From IMG/VR virus record IMGVR_UViG_2675903433_000036, positions 1-17,384 of that record: a stretch of 17,384 nucleotides of DNA, one strand, 5' to 3'. This DNA is from a virus (lineage: Duplodnaviria; Heunggongvirae; Uroviricota; Caudoviricetes). The notes beneath the pieces were generated by a model. It had not been told where the DNA came from. It was given only the letters and a program-made list of their open reading frames with translations, and ran no database searches. Shown one piece after another: positions 7,347 to 15,651 of the stretch; within the stretch, counting starts at the first letter, position 1; each line of letters begins with the position of its first letter. The translations under genes and the position numbers were made by a program.

Positions 7347-8204
7347 TTACCCCCTGAAGCCTGGCGGGATCGCACTATCCGGTAGCGAAACGGTGTTAAC
7401 CTGTCGGAGTAACGTCTCAGGTCGAACACCTTTCGGCGCGAACAGGCCCTGGTATTCATTGGCGATACTGTGTCGAATCACCTGCTCGGGTGTAAAACCC
7501 TGCTGGCGGAATTTTTCCAGCTCCCGTATCGCCCCGTTAGCGCCCTGCTCCGTTCGAATCGGTTTTCGCAATGCCTGGCGAAATTCAACCCACTCACGCC
7601 AAAGCGAGACAGAAATCCAGTTCGGCAAAGCAATATCCAGAGGGTCAAACTTTTTGACACCTCGATTCCCCCGGGGGGGATTTAGGGGGGGATCTGTTTT
7701 TAGATCTTTATCTGTATCTTTATTAGTTGCCTTTGTGTTGACATCATGTTCAAACACCACTTCAACATCTGTTTGAACACCTGTTAAATTTCTCTCTTGT
7801 TTTTTTTGAACATCTGCTTCCTTTCTGCTTCTTCTGGCCTGAACAGATGCTTTTCCTGCGGCTGATTTTTTGGTTAATTTTTCCCTGACTGATGCCAGAT
7901 CTTCCTCAATCCGAAGATGCACCCATTCCTCGCCGTTATCGCAAAAAAACTCCTGCAAGGATGGTTCAACATCAGCCCATCGCTCGTTAGTCAGACGGGC
8001 AATTTTTGCCAGTCTGTTTTTAGGTATTGGCTTTCCTGTTTGCCAGTAATTGAACATCAGCAACAAATACGCACCATGCTCCTCTGCTGACAAATGCATG
8101 GTGTCAGCCAAGTAATCAGCTATGTACAGTTGCATGTATGGTAATGCGGCCATAATTGCCCCGTATGATGCTGCCCGGTGGCTTAGAATAAGCACAAACA
8201 GCAT
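7347..8204 (-). CDS. ydaU: replication initiator, O-like (YdaU/DUF1376-type), containing the candidate origin
   Basis: 285-aa ORF. The start is uncertain: ATG 8204 has no SD, alternatives at 8153 and 8135. A Lys/Glu-rich central linker is encoded by an AT-rich repeat-laden segment. Symbol from recalled Rac length and synteny. Confidence 0.65.
   Translation of the reverse strand: MLFVLILSHRAASYGAIMAALPYMQLYIADYLADTMHLSAEEHGAYLLLMFNYWQTGKPIPKNRLAKIARLTNERWADVEPSLQEFFCDNGEEWVHLRIEEDLASVREKLTKKSAAGKASVQARRSRKEADVQKKQERNLTGVQTDVEVVFEHDVNTKATNKDTDKDLKTDPPLNPPRGNRGVKKFDPLDIALPNWISVSLWREWVEFRQALRKPIRTEQGANGAIRELEKFRQQGFTPEQVIRHSIANEYQGLFAPKGVRPETLLRQVNTVSLPDSAIPPGFRG
7667..7852. repeat. iteron-like direct and inverted repeats plus C5/G7/G7 homopolymer tracts inside the O-like gene; candidate replication origin
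   Basis: CCCCCGGGGGGG at 7668-7679 and GGGGGGG at 7685-7691; palindrome GATCTgtttttAGATC at 7691-7706; ATCTTTAT twice; ATGTTCAAACACC and CTGTTTGAACACC; GAACATCTGCTT and GAACAGATGCTT. Confidence 0.45.
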
Positions 8205-8216
8205 GGAAACTTTTGC

Positions 8217-8639
8217 TTAATGAACAATGACAGAATCTTCGGAAGACCCGCCGCCGCTGAAATGCGCTTTCCGGTAAACGGCCTGGACTGCATCATCATG
8301 CGCATCAATTGCCGTACTCAACGCTTCCTGCGCCGCCAGTAATGCACGGCGTTCCAGGGTATCGAAGATGCAGAGTCGGTGACGCAGCTCGCGCGGAATA
8401 ATTGCCAGAACCGCAGGGATCAGTTTCTGAATTTTTTCCCTTTGCGCTTTCGTTTCACCTTTCAACCAACGGTGATAGATATTCTGCTGATTGTTCCAGT
8501 CCTTGCCTGGTACCAGGGGCAATTCGCCGCCCCCCTGGCGCAGATATTCTTCAGTAATTGCGTTAGCGACCCACGCCTGCCCTTTTTCGGCTGCCAGGGC
8601 TAACAACACTGATTCGATGTGCTCATGCCTGATTTTCAT
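8217..8639 (-). CDS. ydaT: YdaT-like protein (reported toxin partner of YdaS in Rac-type prophages); occupies the cII position
   Basis: 140 aa, SD AGGAG 8 nt upstream of ATG 8639; overlaps the Cro-like gene by 17 nt. Symbol from recalled length and synteny. Confidence 0.6.
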   Translation of the reverse strand: MKIRHEHIESVLLALAAEKGQAWVANAITEEYLRQGGGELPLVPGKDWNNQQNIYHRWLKGETKAQREKIQKLIPAVLAIIPRELRHRLCIFDTLERRALLAAQEALSTAIDAHDDAVQAVYRKAHFSGGGSSEDSVIVH

Positions 8640-8898
8640 GAATCAACTCCTGTGCATTTGGTGTGTTAGCCTTACATCCAACAGGTAAACCATCGGTCGG
8701 ATTCGGGTAGATATCAGGCCGGAGTTCATGAGGTGTAACCTCGAAATTCGTTACTTCAGCAACACGTAATGCTTTTTCAGGGCTGAATCTTTCATAGCCC
8801 CCCAGCACTCGACTTACATGCACCTGAGATAAACCCGTTAGCTTCCCAAACTGTAACTGGGTGATATGTTTCTCTTTTAAATAGTCTCTTAAGTTCAT
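8623..8898 (-). CDS. ydaS: Cro-like HTH regulator (YdaS-type)
   Basis: MNLRDYLKEKHITQLQFGKLTGLSQVHVSRVLGG is an HTH. ATG at 8898 with SD GAAGG; first gene of the rightward operon, divergent from the repressor. The ORF-track TTG start at 8904 is less likely. Confidence 0.65.
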   Translation of the reverse strand: MNLRDYLKEKHITQLQFGKLTGLSQVHVSRVLGGYERFSPEKALRVAEVTNFEVTPHELRPDIYPNPTDGLPVGCKANTPNAQELIHENQA

Positions 8899-8928
8899 AG
8901 CCAACCTTCTACGTTATGCCTCGAACAA

Positions 8929-8957
8929 ATATTAGCTCCACTAATTTTAAAGATCAA
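8929..8957 (-). promoter_or_regulatory. pR-like sigma70 promoter for the Cro-like operon
   Basis: Minus strand reads TTGATC (-35), a 17-nt spacer, then TAATAT (-10); predicted TSS near 8921, about 24 nt before the ATG at 8898. Confidence 0.5.
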
Positions 8958-8971
8958 CAGTCAGACTATCT

Positions 8972-8999
8972 TTGATAATATTGGTAAAACAAATAAACT
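8972..8999 (+). promoter_or_regulatory. possible pRM-like promoter giving a leaderless or near-leaderless repressor mRNA
   Basis: TTGATA (8972-8977), 16-nt spacer, TAAACT (8994-8999), ATG at 9006 with no SD, as for lambda cI from pRM. Confidence 0.3.
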
Positions 9000-9005
9000 C
9001 TATGT

Positions 9006-9467
9006 ATGAAAAAAACACGCGAAGTGATTGCAACTCCAGAAGCGAGCAAGAATTTAAAAGCCGCATGGAATGCAAGAAAAAAAGAGCTGAAGCTGACTCA
9101 AGAGCTGGCGGCTGAGTTGTTGGGATTCGAATCTCAAGGCACCGTTAGCCAGTATCTGAACGGCAAGATACCGGTAAATACCGACGCTGCGCTAAAATTT
9201 GCGGCTCTGTTAAAGGTAAAACCAGAGGACATTCGAGAAGACCTTAAAGACTTAATGAATTATGTAAGATCATCAGATACTTATGATGATAGCTTTTCAG
9301 GCAAAGGATGGAGGCTGGTCAATGAAGAACAGGCAGAGTTACTTAACCTCTTCGAGATTCTACCTGCGTCAGAAAAAGCCAAACTCCTTAACCAGCTACG
9401 TGGACTAAACAAGCTCTATGAGGAAGCCTTCGAGAACATGCTGGCACTAAAGAAACGTAACCAGTAG
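9006..9467 (+). CDS. racR: prophage repressor, XRE-family HTH, non-LexA-like (RacR-like)
   Basis: 153 aa; HTH LTQELAAELLGFESQGTVSQYLNGK; no peptidase S24 domain. Divergent from the Cro-like gene and followed by a terminator. Symbol is by analogy. Confidence 0.6.
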   Translation: MKKTREVIATPEASKNLKAAWNARKKELKLTQELAAELLGFESQGTVSQYLNGKIPVNTDAALKFAALLKVKPEDIREDLKDLMNYVRSSDTYDDSFSGKGWRLVNEEQAELLNLFEILPASEKAKLLNQLRGLNKLYEEAFENMLALKKRNQ

Positions 9468-9493
9468 CCACCACTCACTACCCTATCCACAAC

Positions 9494-9523
9494 AAAAAAA
9501 CCGACGTCTTAGTCGGTTTTTTT
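9494..9523 (+). terminator. Rho-independent terminator after the repressor gene (A-tract / hairpin / T-tract, potentially bidirectional)
   Basis: AAAAAAA-CCGAC-GTCTTA-GTCGG-TTTTTTT. Confidence 0.6.
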
Positions 9524-9548
9524 GTGCCATAACTTCTGCAAATCAGCT

Positions 9549-9649
9549 GTGTAACTAATATTTTTCCCTTGAAAAAACATTTACATAGTTACTAAATCAA
9601 AAGCATCATACTCCATACTGTTGACTTAAAATATCCGTGTTACTAATAT
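9549..9649 (+). promoter_or_regulatory. strong pL-like promoter with three copies of a GT(T/A)ACTAAT operator-like motif
   Basis: -35 TTGACT (9621-9626), 17-nt spacer, -10 TAATAT (9644-9649). Motif copies: GTGTAACTAATAT (9549-9561), GTTACTAAAT (9588-9597), GTGTTACTAATAT (9637-9649, overlapping the -10). Confidence 0.55.
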
Positions 9650-9720
9650 CCTCATCAAGAACAGCACGGCGCTGTAGGTTTTAGTTCCGCCACCCGGCGT
9701 TAAGGGGAAATGAGGTCAAC

Positions 9721-9873
9721 ATGGATACTATCGATCTTGGCAACAACGAATCTCTGGTATGTGGCGTGTTTCCCAATCAGGACGGCACATTCACCGCCAT
9801 GACGTATACCAAAAGCAAATCGTTTAAAACCGAAGCTGGCGCACGTCGCTGGCTTGCCAAAAATACCAGCTAA
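9721..9873 (+). CDS. small early-left protein (50 aa; YdaF/YdaG-like by position)
   Basis: SD GAGGT 6 nt upstream of ATG 9721; MDTIDLGNNESLVCGVFPNQDGTFTAMTYTKSKSFKTEAGARRWLAKNTS. Not in the ORF track. Confidence 0.55.
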   Translation: MDTIDLGNNESLVCGVFPNQDGTFTAMTYTKSKSFKTEAGARRWLAKNTS

Positions 9874-10070
9874 ACAATTTATTGGATTAATTCAATATTC
9901 TTGCTGTAGGGGTATAGCCGAGGCCACCAAAGCCCGGAGGTGGTGAAATAAAACCGGGCACAACACGAAGGCGCATTTCCGATATCCATAAAGAGTCGGT
10001 CTTGTCTGTTAAATTTAAATGGTGGGAGTGCGCCTCCGGTTGTAAATAACGACATTGCTGTGTGTAGTCT

Positions 10071-10115
10071 TGGCGGCATCAGTTCTACTCCGTGGCTGCC
10101 CTGCCGCCCCTTTTT
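10071..10115 (+). terminator. terminator-like long-loop hairpin (tL1-like) within a 400-bp structured leader
   Basis: GGCGGCA (10071-10077) pairs with TGCCGCC (10103-10109), followed by CCTTTTTAAAG. Confidence 0.3.
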
Positions 10116-10578
10116 AAAGTGAATTTTGTGATGCGGTGAATGCGGCTGAGCGCACGCGGCACAGTTAAAAGCATCAGTGTTATGGGTGGATTATCCGGCG
10201 TTAATTGTTAACTGGTTAACGTCACCTGGAGGCACCAGGCACCGCATCAACAAAGTTCACTTCAGTGATGAAAGGTGAGAGAAAATGATGGATGTAGCTA
10301 TTGAAAACCAGAACGGGTGGAATTATAGTGCACCTGCACCTCATAAAACGGGTGCCGGGATTTGCACCCCGATGATCACTAGAGCGCATAACCGCGCCAA
10401 AGCGTTTTTTTTATGCGTAAAGCGCAGCCACATTCAGATTATGGTGGGGCGTATGGGGCCGTTTTCGGGCGGGCCGGATTCTCTAGTGACCGGTAGTGCA
10501 AACCCTGTACGTCTCACCACCCATGAGATTTGCACCTCCGGTGGTGAGTTTACCAACTTATCACTAGAGGCTGCCATC

Positions 10579-11133
10579 ATGGCTACTATCCCTACCCTTT
10601 CTCACCCTGACGTAACCATCGAAAATGGTCGTGCTGTCACTACGTCTGTTGCAGTTGCAGAGTTTTTCCGCAAGCTGCATAAAAACGTCATTCAAAAAAT
10701 TGAAGCTCTGGAATGTTCCTCAGAATTCACTGAGCTTAATTTTAAGCCAAGTGAATACACCGACTCAACCGGGCGCAAACTCCCAATGTACCAAATCACC
10801 AAAAACGGCTTCGTTTTCCTGGTGATGGGTTTCACTGGCAAAAAAGCCGCTGCATTCAAAGAGGCCTACATCGCTGAGTTCGACCGCATGGAAGCAGAGC
10901 TACGCCAGAATAATACCACTCCCACAAACAAAATCATTCCGGGCGATGGGCGCACTCTGGTTGTTCGCTTCGACAAATTCGGCAACGTCGAATTCACTGA
11001 AACCGTTCCTGATGGCGCTCTCGTCTGTACCCTGGACACTTTCCGCCTTTATCTGGAGAAACAGGGCTGGACTCTTGTAAACCGAAGCGCAATTAAAAAT
11101 ATGACCGTCGAGCAGTTGCTGAGTATTAAATAG
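10579..11133 (+). CDS. Rha-family phage regulatory protein (Phage_pRha domain)
   Basis: Matches my recollection of the Rha domain: AVTTSVAVAEFFRKLHKNVIQKIEAL...ELNFKPSEYTDSTGRKLPMYQITKNGFVFLVMGFTGKKAAAFKEAYIAEFDRMEA. Internal ATG 10579 with SD AGAGG is preferred; the ORF-track start at 10285 adds about 98 compositionally odd, repeat-containing residues. Confidence 0.65.
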   Translation: MATIPTLSHPDVTIENGRAVTTSVAVAEFFRKLHKNVIQKIEALECSSEFTELNFKPSEYTDSTGRKLPMYQITKNGFVFLVMGFTGKKAAAFKEAYIAEFDRMEAELRQNNTTPTNKIIPGDGRTLVVRFDKFGNVEFTETVPDGALVCTLDTFRLYLEKQGWTLVNRSAIKNMTVEQLLSIK

Positions 11134-11179
11134 TTTTCTGGAATTTTCTTAATACGAGAAATTTATTAAGGAGATAATT

Positions 11180-11401
11180 ATGATTGCTCATCACTTCGGA
11201 ACTGATGAAATACCACGTCAGTGTGTGACTCCTGGCGATTATGTTCTTCATGAAGGTCGGACATATATCGCCTCGGCAAACAATATTAAAAAGCGAAAAC
11301 TTTATATTCGTAGCCTGACTACAAAAACATGCATTTCTGACTGCATGATTAAAGTCTTCCTCGGCCGTGATGGTTTACCTGTAAAGGCGGAGTCATGGTA
11401 A
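11180..11401 (+). CDS. kilR: KilR-like small protein (host-killing / cell-division inhibitor of Rac-type prophages)
   Basis: 73 aa with strong SD AAGGAG. Symbol from recalled Rac length and position. Confidence 0.5.
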   Translation: MIAHHFGTDEIPRQCVTPGDYVLHEGRTYIASANNIKKRKLYIRSLTTKTCISDCMIKVFLGRDGLPVKAESW

Positions 11402-11571
11402 TGACTAAGAAAATGAAATGTGCTTATCACCTTTGCAATAAAGAAATTGAAGAAAGCAAAATCATTACAAGACCACTTCATTTCATGCGTGGAGTTATAC
11501 CAACGACGGAAATGAAAAAATATTGTAGTGAAATCTGTGCCGAAAAAGACCAGATGGCACACGAACTTTAA
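11401..11571 (+). CDS. ydaE: small zinc-finger-like protein (YdaE-like)
   Basis: 56 aa, ATG overlapping the upstream TAA (TAATG); [56 protein letters not shown] with a CxxHxC...CxxxC pattern. Not in the ORF track. Confidence 0.5.
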   Translation: MTKKMKCAYHLCNKEIEESKIITRPLHFMRGVIPTTEMKKYCSEICAEKDQMAHEL

Positions 11572-11651
11572 TTAACTGACTATTCGAAACTGAATTTATG
11601 CCAGCAATGGCAGGGGTTCGCTCAACCTTAAAATAGTTATGAGGTTTATCA

Positions 11652-13682
11652 ATGAGTACTGATAAAGAAAATTACGCTCTGTATTGCGACGCGAAAAATG
11701 ATAAAACCAGAAAACGCCTCGGCATCAAAGGCGGCTTTTTCTGGACAGAGGCAAAAAAACTTTCTGTTGCGGTTTTACGCTGCATTGCTGCAATGGACGA
11801 TGCCGGATTTGACGAAGAGGATTTTAAAAAACCCATCCGCGTCCATTTACCCGTTGTGAATGACCTTCCACCGGAAGGTGTGTTTGATACTGAATTCTGC
11901 AACCGATACGAAAAAGGCGGAGAAGATGGTATCACAATGATACTTATCGCGCCCTCTCCCTCCGTGCAGGAGAAACCAGCCAGTACTGACAATACCAACG
12001 TCAACGGCGAAGACATGACGGAGATTGAGGAGAATATGCTCCTGCCGGTTTCTGGTCAGGAGCTGCCCATTCGCTGGCTTGCGCAACACGGCAGCGAAAA
12101 ACCAGTAACGCACGTTGCACGGGAAGAACTTCAGGCATTACATATAGCACGGGCGGAAGAACTGCCGGCTGTTACTGCCCTGGCCATTTCTCACAAAACA
12201 AAGCTGCTCGACCCGCTGGAGATTCGCGACCTTCACAAACTGGTACGCGACACTGACAAAGTTTTCCCTAATCCCGGTAATTCAGACCTGGGACTGATAA
12301 CTGCTTTTTTCGAGGCATACCTGGACGCTGACTACACTGATCGGGGTCTGCTGACAAAAGAGTGGATGAAAGGAAATCGTGTTTCGCGTATCACCCGTAC
12401 GGCTTCCGGTGCAAATGCCGGTGGCGGGAACAAAACCGATCGCAATCCGAATTTAGTACACACCTTCGATACGCTGGATGTGGAGATTGCAGCAGCCACA
12501 CTTCTGATGGATTTTAATATTTATGAAATTCCGGGCAGCGTTTATCGTCGCGCAAAAGAAATCGTCCTGAAAAGAGAAAGTCCGTTCAAAGAATGGTCCG
12601 CAGCACTTCGCGCAACCCCGGGTATTCTGGACTATTCCCGCGCCGCTATTTTTGCACTTATCCGGAGCGCTCACCCTGAGTTTTATCACTACCCGGGACG
12701 CCTTCAGGGGTATATCAACGCCTACTTAACGGAGACTGATCACGAGAACCCCAGCAAGGAAACTCTCACTGCTGCACGACATACACCGGAAAAAGATATC
12801 CTGGAAGAGGTTAACCGCGAACTGGCTGCTAAGCAGGAAACAGAAGAAGAAAATGATGAAGAAAAACCGCAACCATCTTGCGCAATGGCAGATGAACAGG
12901 CAACGGCTGAAACAGTGGAACCGGATGCAACTGAACATCATCAGGACACGCAGCCGCTGGATGCTCAGTCACAGGTAAATTCTGTTGATGCGAAATATCA
13001 GAAACTGCGGGCAGAACTCCATGAAGCCCGGAAAACCATTCCGCCCAAAAATCCTGTCGATGCCGACAAATTGCTGACTGCCTCTCGCGGAGAATTTGTT
13101 GAAGGGATTAGCGACCCGAATGATCCGAAATGGGTTAAGGGAATTGAAACCCGAGATTCTGTGAACCAGAACCAGCCCGAATCGGAACAAAACAACCAGA
13201 AAGCGGAACAAAACAGCCCAAATGCACAGAAAAACGAGCCAGAAACGAAACAATCTGAACCAGTAGCGCAACAGGAACCGGAAAAAGTCTGTGCCGCCTG
13301 CGGTCAGAGCGGCGGCGGCAACTGCCCTGATTGTGGCGCGGTGATGGGCGACACCACGTATCTGGAAACCTTTAATGAAGAAAATCAGAATGAATATCAG
13401 GAAAAAGGTCTGGAGGAAATGGAAGGTGCTGAACATCCGCACAAGGAGAACGATGGCAGCGATCCGCATCGCGATTGCAGTGATGAAACTGGCGAAGCAG
13501 CAGCTTCATCATTAGAAAAACTCGACTGGAAAAGACAAGTGGTGATTGCAGCGGTTTACGGTTTATGTGCAAATCCTGCGGGTATAGCCTCAGCGCCATT
13601 AATTCCGGGTATTGCAATGATGATTGCAAACAAACTTGAAAATTTTGGGGTGACGGATGATGAGTACATGCCCAATTTTTGA
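11652..13682 (+). CDS. large acidic protein of unknown function upstream of the Red genes (zinc-ribbon motif; possibly related to the RecE N-terminal region)
   Basis: 676 aa with SD GAGGT. Long Asp/Glu/Gln-rich low-complexity stretches, a [16 protein letters not shown] zinc ribbon and a hydrophobic C-terminal segment ([33 protein letters not shown]). Sits where racC-recE lie in Rac. No nuclease motif recognised. Confidence 0.7.
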   Translation: MSTDKENYALYCDAKNDKTRKRLGIKGGFFWTEAKKLSVAVLRCIAAMDDAGFDEEDFKKPIRVHLPVVNDLPPEGVFDTEFCNRYEKGGEDGITMILIAPSPSVQEKPASTDNTNVNGEDMTEIEENMLLPVSGQELPIRWLAQHGSEKPVTHVAREELQALHIARAEELPAVTALAISHKTKLLDPLEIRDLHKLVRDTDKVFPNPGNSDLGLITAFFEAYLDADYTDRGLLTKEWMKGNRVSRITRTASGANAGGGNKTDRNPNLVHTFDTLDVEIAAATLLMDFNIYEIPGSVYRRAKEIVLKRESPFKEWSAALRATPGILDYSRAAIFALIRSAHPEFYHYPGRLQGYINAYLTETDHENPSKETLTAARHTPEKDILEEVNRELAAKQETEEENDEEKPQPSCAMADEQATAETVEPDATEHHQDTQPLDAQSQVNSVDAKYQKLRAELHEARKTIPPKNPVDADKLLTASRGEFVEGISDPNDPKWVKGIETRDSVNQNQPESEQNNQKAEQNSPNAQKNEPETKQSEPVAQQEPEKVCAACGQSGGGNCPDCGAVMGDTTYLETFNEENQNEYQEKGLEEMEGAEHPHKENDGSDPHRDCSDETGEAAASSLEKLDWKRQVVIAAVYGLCANPAGIASAPLIPGIAMMIANKLENFGVTDDEYMPNF

Positions 13683-13956
13683 TCGCATTGAAGAGCAGGC
13701 ATGGTCACGCCACTACCAGCAAATCGTTTGCGAAGAAAAAGAAACGGCGCTGGCGGACGACCTGGAAAAAGGTCTGCCCCAGCACCTGTTTGAATCGCTC
13801 TGCATCGACCATTTGCAACGCCACGGTGCCAGCAAACAGGCAATCAGTCGCGCATTTGATGACGATGTTGAATTTCAGGAACGTGTGGCGGAGCACATCC
13901 GGTACATGGTTGAAACCATTGCTCGTCACCAGGTTGATATTGATTCAGAGGTATAA
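13657..13956 (+). CDS. gam: Gam, host RecBCD nuclease inhibitor (lambda GamS-like)
   Basis: 99 aa, near-identical over most of its length to recalled lambda Gam (…RHYQQ…[24 protein letters not shown]…[12 protein letters not shown]…[12 protein letters not shown]…HQVDIDSEV). Confidence 0.9.
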   Translation: MMSTCPIFDRIEEQAWSRHYQQIVCEEKETALADDLEKGLPQHLFESLCIDHLQRHGASKQAISRAFDDDVEFQERVAEHIRYMVETIARHQVDIDSEV

Positions 13957-13961
13957 AACGA

Positions 13962-14747
13962 ATGAGTACAGCACTTGCAACACTGGCCGGGAAGCTGGCT
14001 GAACGCGTCGGCATGGATTCTGTCGACCCACAGGAACTGATCACCACTCTTCGCCAGACGGCATTTAAAGGTGATGCCAGCGATGCGCAGTTCATCGCAT
14101 TGCTGATCGTCGCCAACCAGTACGGCCTTAATCCGTGGACGAAAGAAATTTACGCCTTCCCTGACAAGCAGAACGGCATCGTTCCGGTGGTGGGCGTTGA
14201 TGGCTGGTCCCGCATCATAAATGAAAACCAGCAGTTTGATGGCATGGACTTTGAGCAGGACAATGAATCATGTACATGCCGGATTTACCGCAAGGACCGT
14301 AATCATCCGATCTGCGTTACCGAGTGGATGGATGAGTGCCGTCGCGAACCATTCAAAACCCGAGAAGGCAAAGAAATCATCGGACCATGGCAGTCGCATC
14401 CCAAACGGATGTTACGGCATAAAGCCATGATTCAGTGTGCCCGTCTGGCCTTCGGATTTGCTGGTATCTATGACAAGGATGAAGCCGAGCGCATTGTCGA
14501 AAATACCGCATGCACTGCAGAACATCAGCCGGAACGCGACATCACTCCGGTTAACGATGAAACCATGCAGGAGATTAACACTCTGCTGATCTCCCTGGAT
14601 AAAACATGGGATGACGACTTATTGCCGCTCTGTTCCCAGATATTTCGCCGCGACATTCATGCATTGTCAGAACTGAAACAGGCCGAAGCAGTGAAAGCTC
14701 TTGGATTCCTGAAACAGAAAGCCGCAGAGCAGAAGGTGGCAATATGA
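13962..14747 (+). CDS. bet: Bet (Red-beta) single-strand annealing protein
   Basis: 261 aa, near-identical to recalled lambda Bet ([89 protein letters not shown]...). Confidence 0.92.
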   Translation: MSTALATLAGKLAERVGMDSVDPQELITTLRQTAFKGDASDAQFIALLIVANQYGLNPWTKEIYAFPDKQNGIVPVVGVDGWSRIINENQQFDGMDFEQDNESCTCRIYRKDRNHPICVTEWMDECRREPFKTREGKEIIGPWQSHPKRMLRHKAMIQCARLAFGFAGIYDKDEAERIVENTACTAEHQPERDITPVNDETMQEINTLLISLDKTWDDDLLPLCSQIFRRDIHALSELKQAEAVKALGFLKQKAAEQKVAI

Positions 14748-15424
14748 CACCGGACATTATCCTGCAGCGTACCGGGATCGACGTGAGAGCTATCGTACAG
14801 GGGGATGATGCGTGGCACAAATTACGGCTCGGCGTCATCACAGCTTCAGAAGTTCACAACGTGATAGCAAAACCCCGCTCCGGAAAGAAATGGCCTGACA
14901 TGAAAATGTCCTACTTCCACACCCTGCTTGCCGAGGTTTGCACCGGTGTGGCTACGGAAGTTAACGCTAAGGCGCTGGCCTGGGGAAAACAGTACGAGAA
15001 CGACGCCAGAACCCTGTTTGAGTTCACTTCCGGCGTGAATGTTACTGAATCCCCGATCATCTATCGTGACGAGACTATGCGCACCGCCTGCTCTCCAGAT
15101 GGTTTATGCAATGACGGCAACGGCCTTGAGCTGAAATGCCCGTTCACCTCCCGGGATTTCATGAAGTTCCGGCTCGGTGGTTTCGAGGCCATAAAGTCGG
15201 CTTACATGGCCCAGGTGCAGTACAGCATGTGGGTGACGCAAAAAGATGCCTGGTACTTTGCCAACTATGACCCGCGTATGAAGCGTGAAGGCCTGCATTA
15301 TGTCGTGGTTGAGCGGGATGAAAAGTACATGGCGAGTTTTGACGAGATGGTGCCAGAATTCATCGAAAAAATGGACGAGGCACTGGCTGAAATTGGTTTT
15401 GCATTTGGGGAACAATGGAAATGA
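14744..15424 (+). CDS. exo: Exo (Red-alpha) 5'-3' dsDNA exonuclease
   Basis: 226 aa, near-identical to recalled lambda Exo ([16 protein letters not shown]...[36 protein letters not shown]...); ATGA overlap with bet. Confidence 0.92.
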   Translation: MTPDIILQRTGIDVRAIVQGDDAWHKLRLGVITASEVHNVIAKPRSGKKWPDMKMSYFHTLLAEVCTGVATEVNAKALAWGKQYENDARTLFEFTSGVNVTESPIIYRDETMRTACSPDGLCNDGNGLELKCPFTSRDFMKFRLGGFEAIKSAYMAQVQYSMWVTQKDAWYFANYDPRMKREGLHYVVVERDEKYMASFDEMVPEFIEKMDEALAEIGFAFGEQWK

Positions 15425-15651
15425 GCGCAGCCATAAAGCTCACAGGAGAAAAACCAGTGCTATACACAAAAGTCAAACCATGTCCGTTTTGTGGTTGTCC
15501 ATCAGTAACGGTGAAAGCCATTTCAGGATATTACCGCGCAAAGTGTAACGGATGCGAATCCCGAACTGGCTATAGTGGAAGTGAAAAAGAAGCACTCGAA
15601 AGATGGAATAAACGAACTACTGGAAATAATAATGGAGGTGTTCATGTATAA
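15415..15651 (+). CDS. ralR: Lar/RalR-like restriction-alleviation protein (zinc-ribbon, CPFCG motif)
   Basis: [47 protein letters not shown] matches my recollection of the Lar family. Start at 15415 or 15421, the latter overlapping the exo stop. Confidence 0.5.
   Translation: MEMSAAIKLTGEKPVLYTKVKPCPFCGCPSVTVKAISGYYRAKCNGCESRTGYSGSEKEALERWNKRTTGNNNGGVHV

Noticed and set aside
7201-7776. Plus-strand 191-aa ORF, plus 7137..7385, 7470..7685 and 7478..7660
   Set aside because: They lie inside or antisense to the O-like and DnaC-like genes and run across the homopolymer/iteron region; the minus-strand genes have motifs and coupling.
9879-10079. Minus-strand 66-aa ORF in the structured leader
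   Set aside because: It opposes the early-left transcription unit and lies within hairpin-dense sequence with atypical composition, although it has a GGAG 7 nt upstream. Kept as an alternative under the structured-leader finding.
10285-10578. N-terminal extension of the Rha ORF (282-aa version)
   Set aside because: Atypical composition and repeated DNA motifs; the Rha domain starts at internal ATG 10579 with its own SD. Not fully excluded because ATG 10285 also has an SD-like sequence.
11672-13843. Many minus-strand ORFs (114, 88, 78, 71, 166, 65, 85, 95 aa) overlapping the 676-aa gene and gam
   Set aside because: Antisense to a long, well-supported gene with an SD; their odd composition (Phe/Leu/Ile runs) is the mirror of the acidic, GAA/GAT-rich sense strand. 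No SD and no operon logic.
13679-15415. ORFs overlapping the gam/bet/exo genes (13679..14002, 13705..13929, 13844..14116, 14221..14430, 14575..14841, 15104..15415, 15285..15548)
   Set aside because: Alternative-frame or antisense overlaps of three genes identified at near-identity level.
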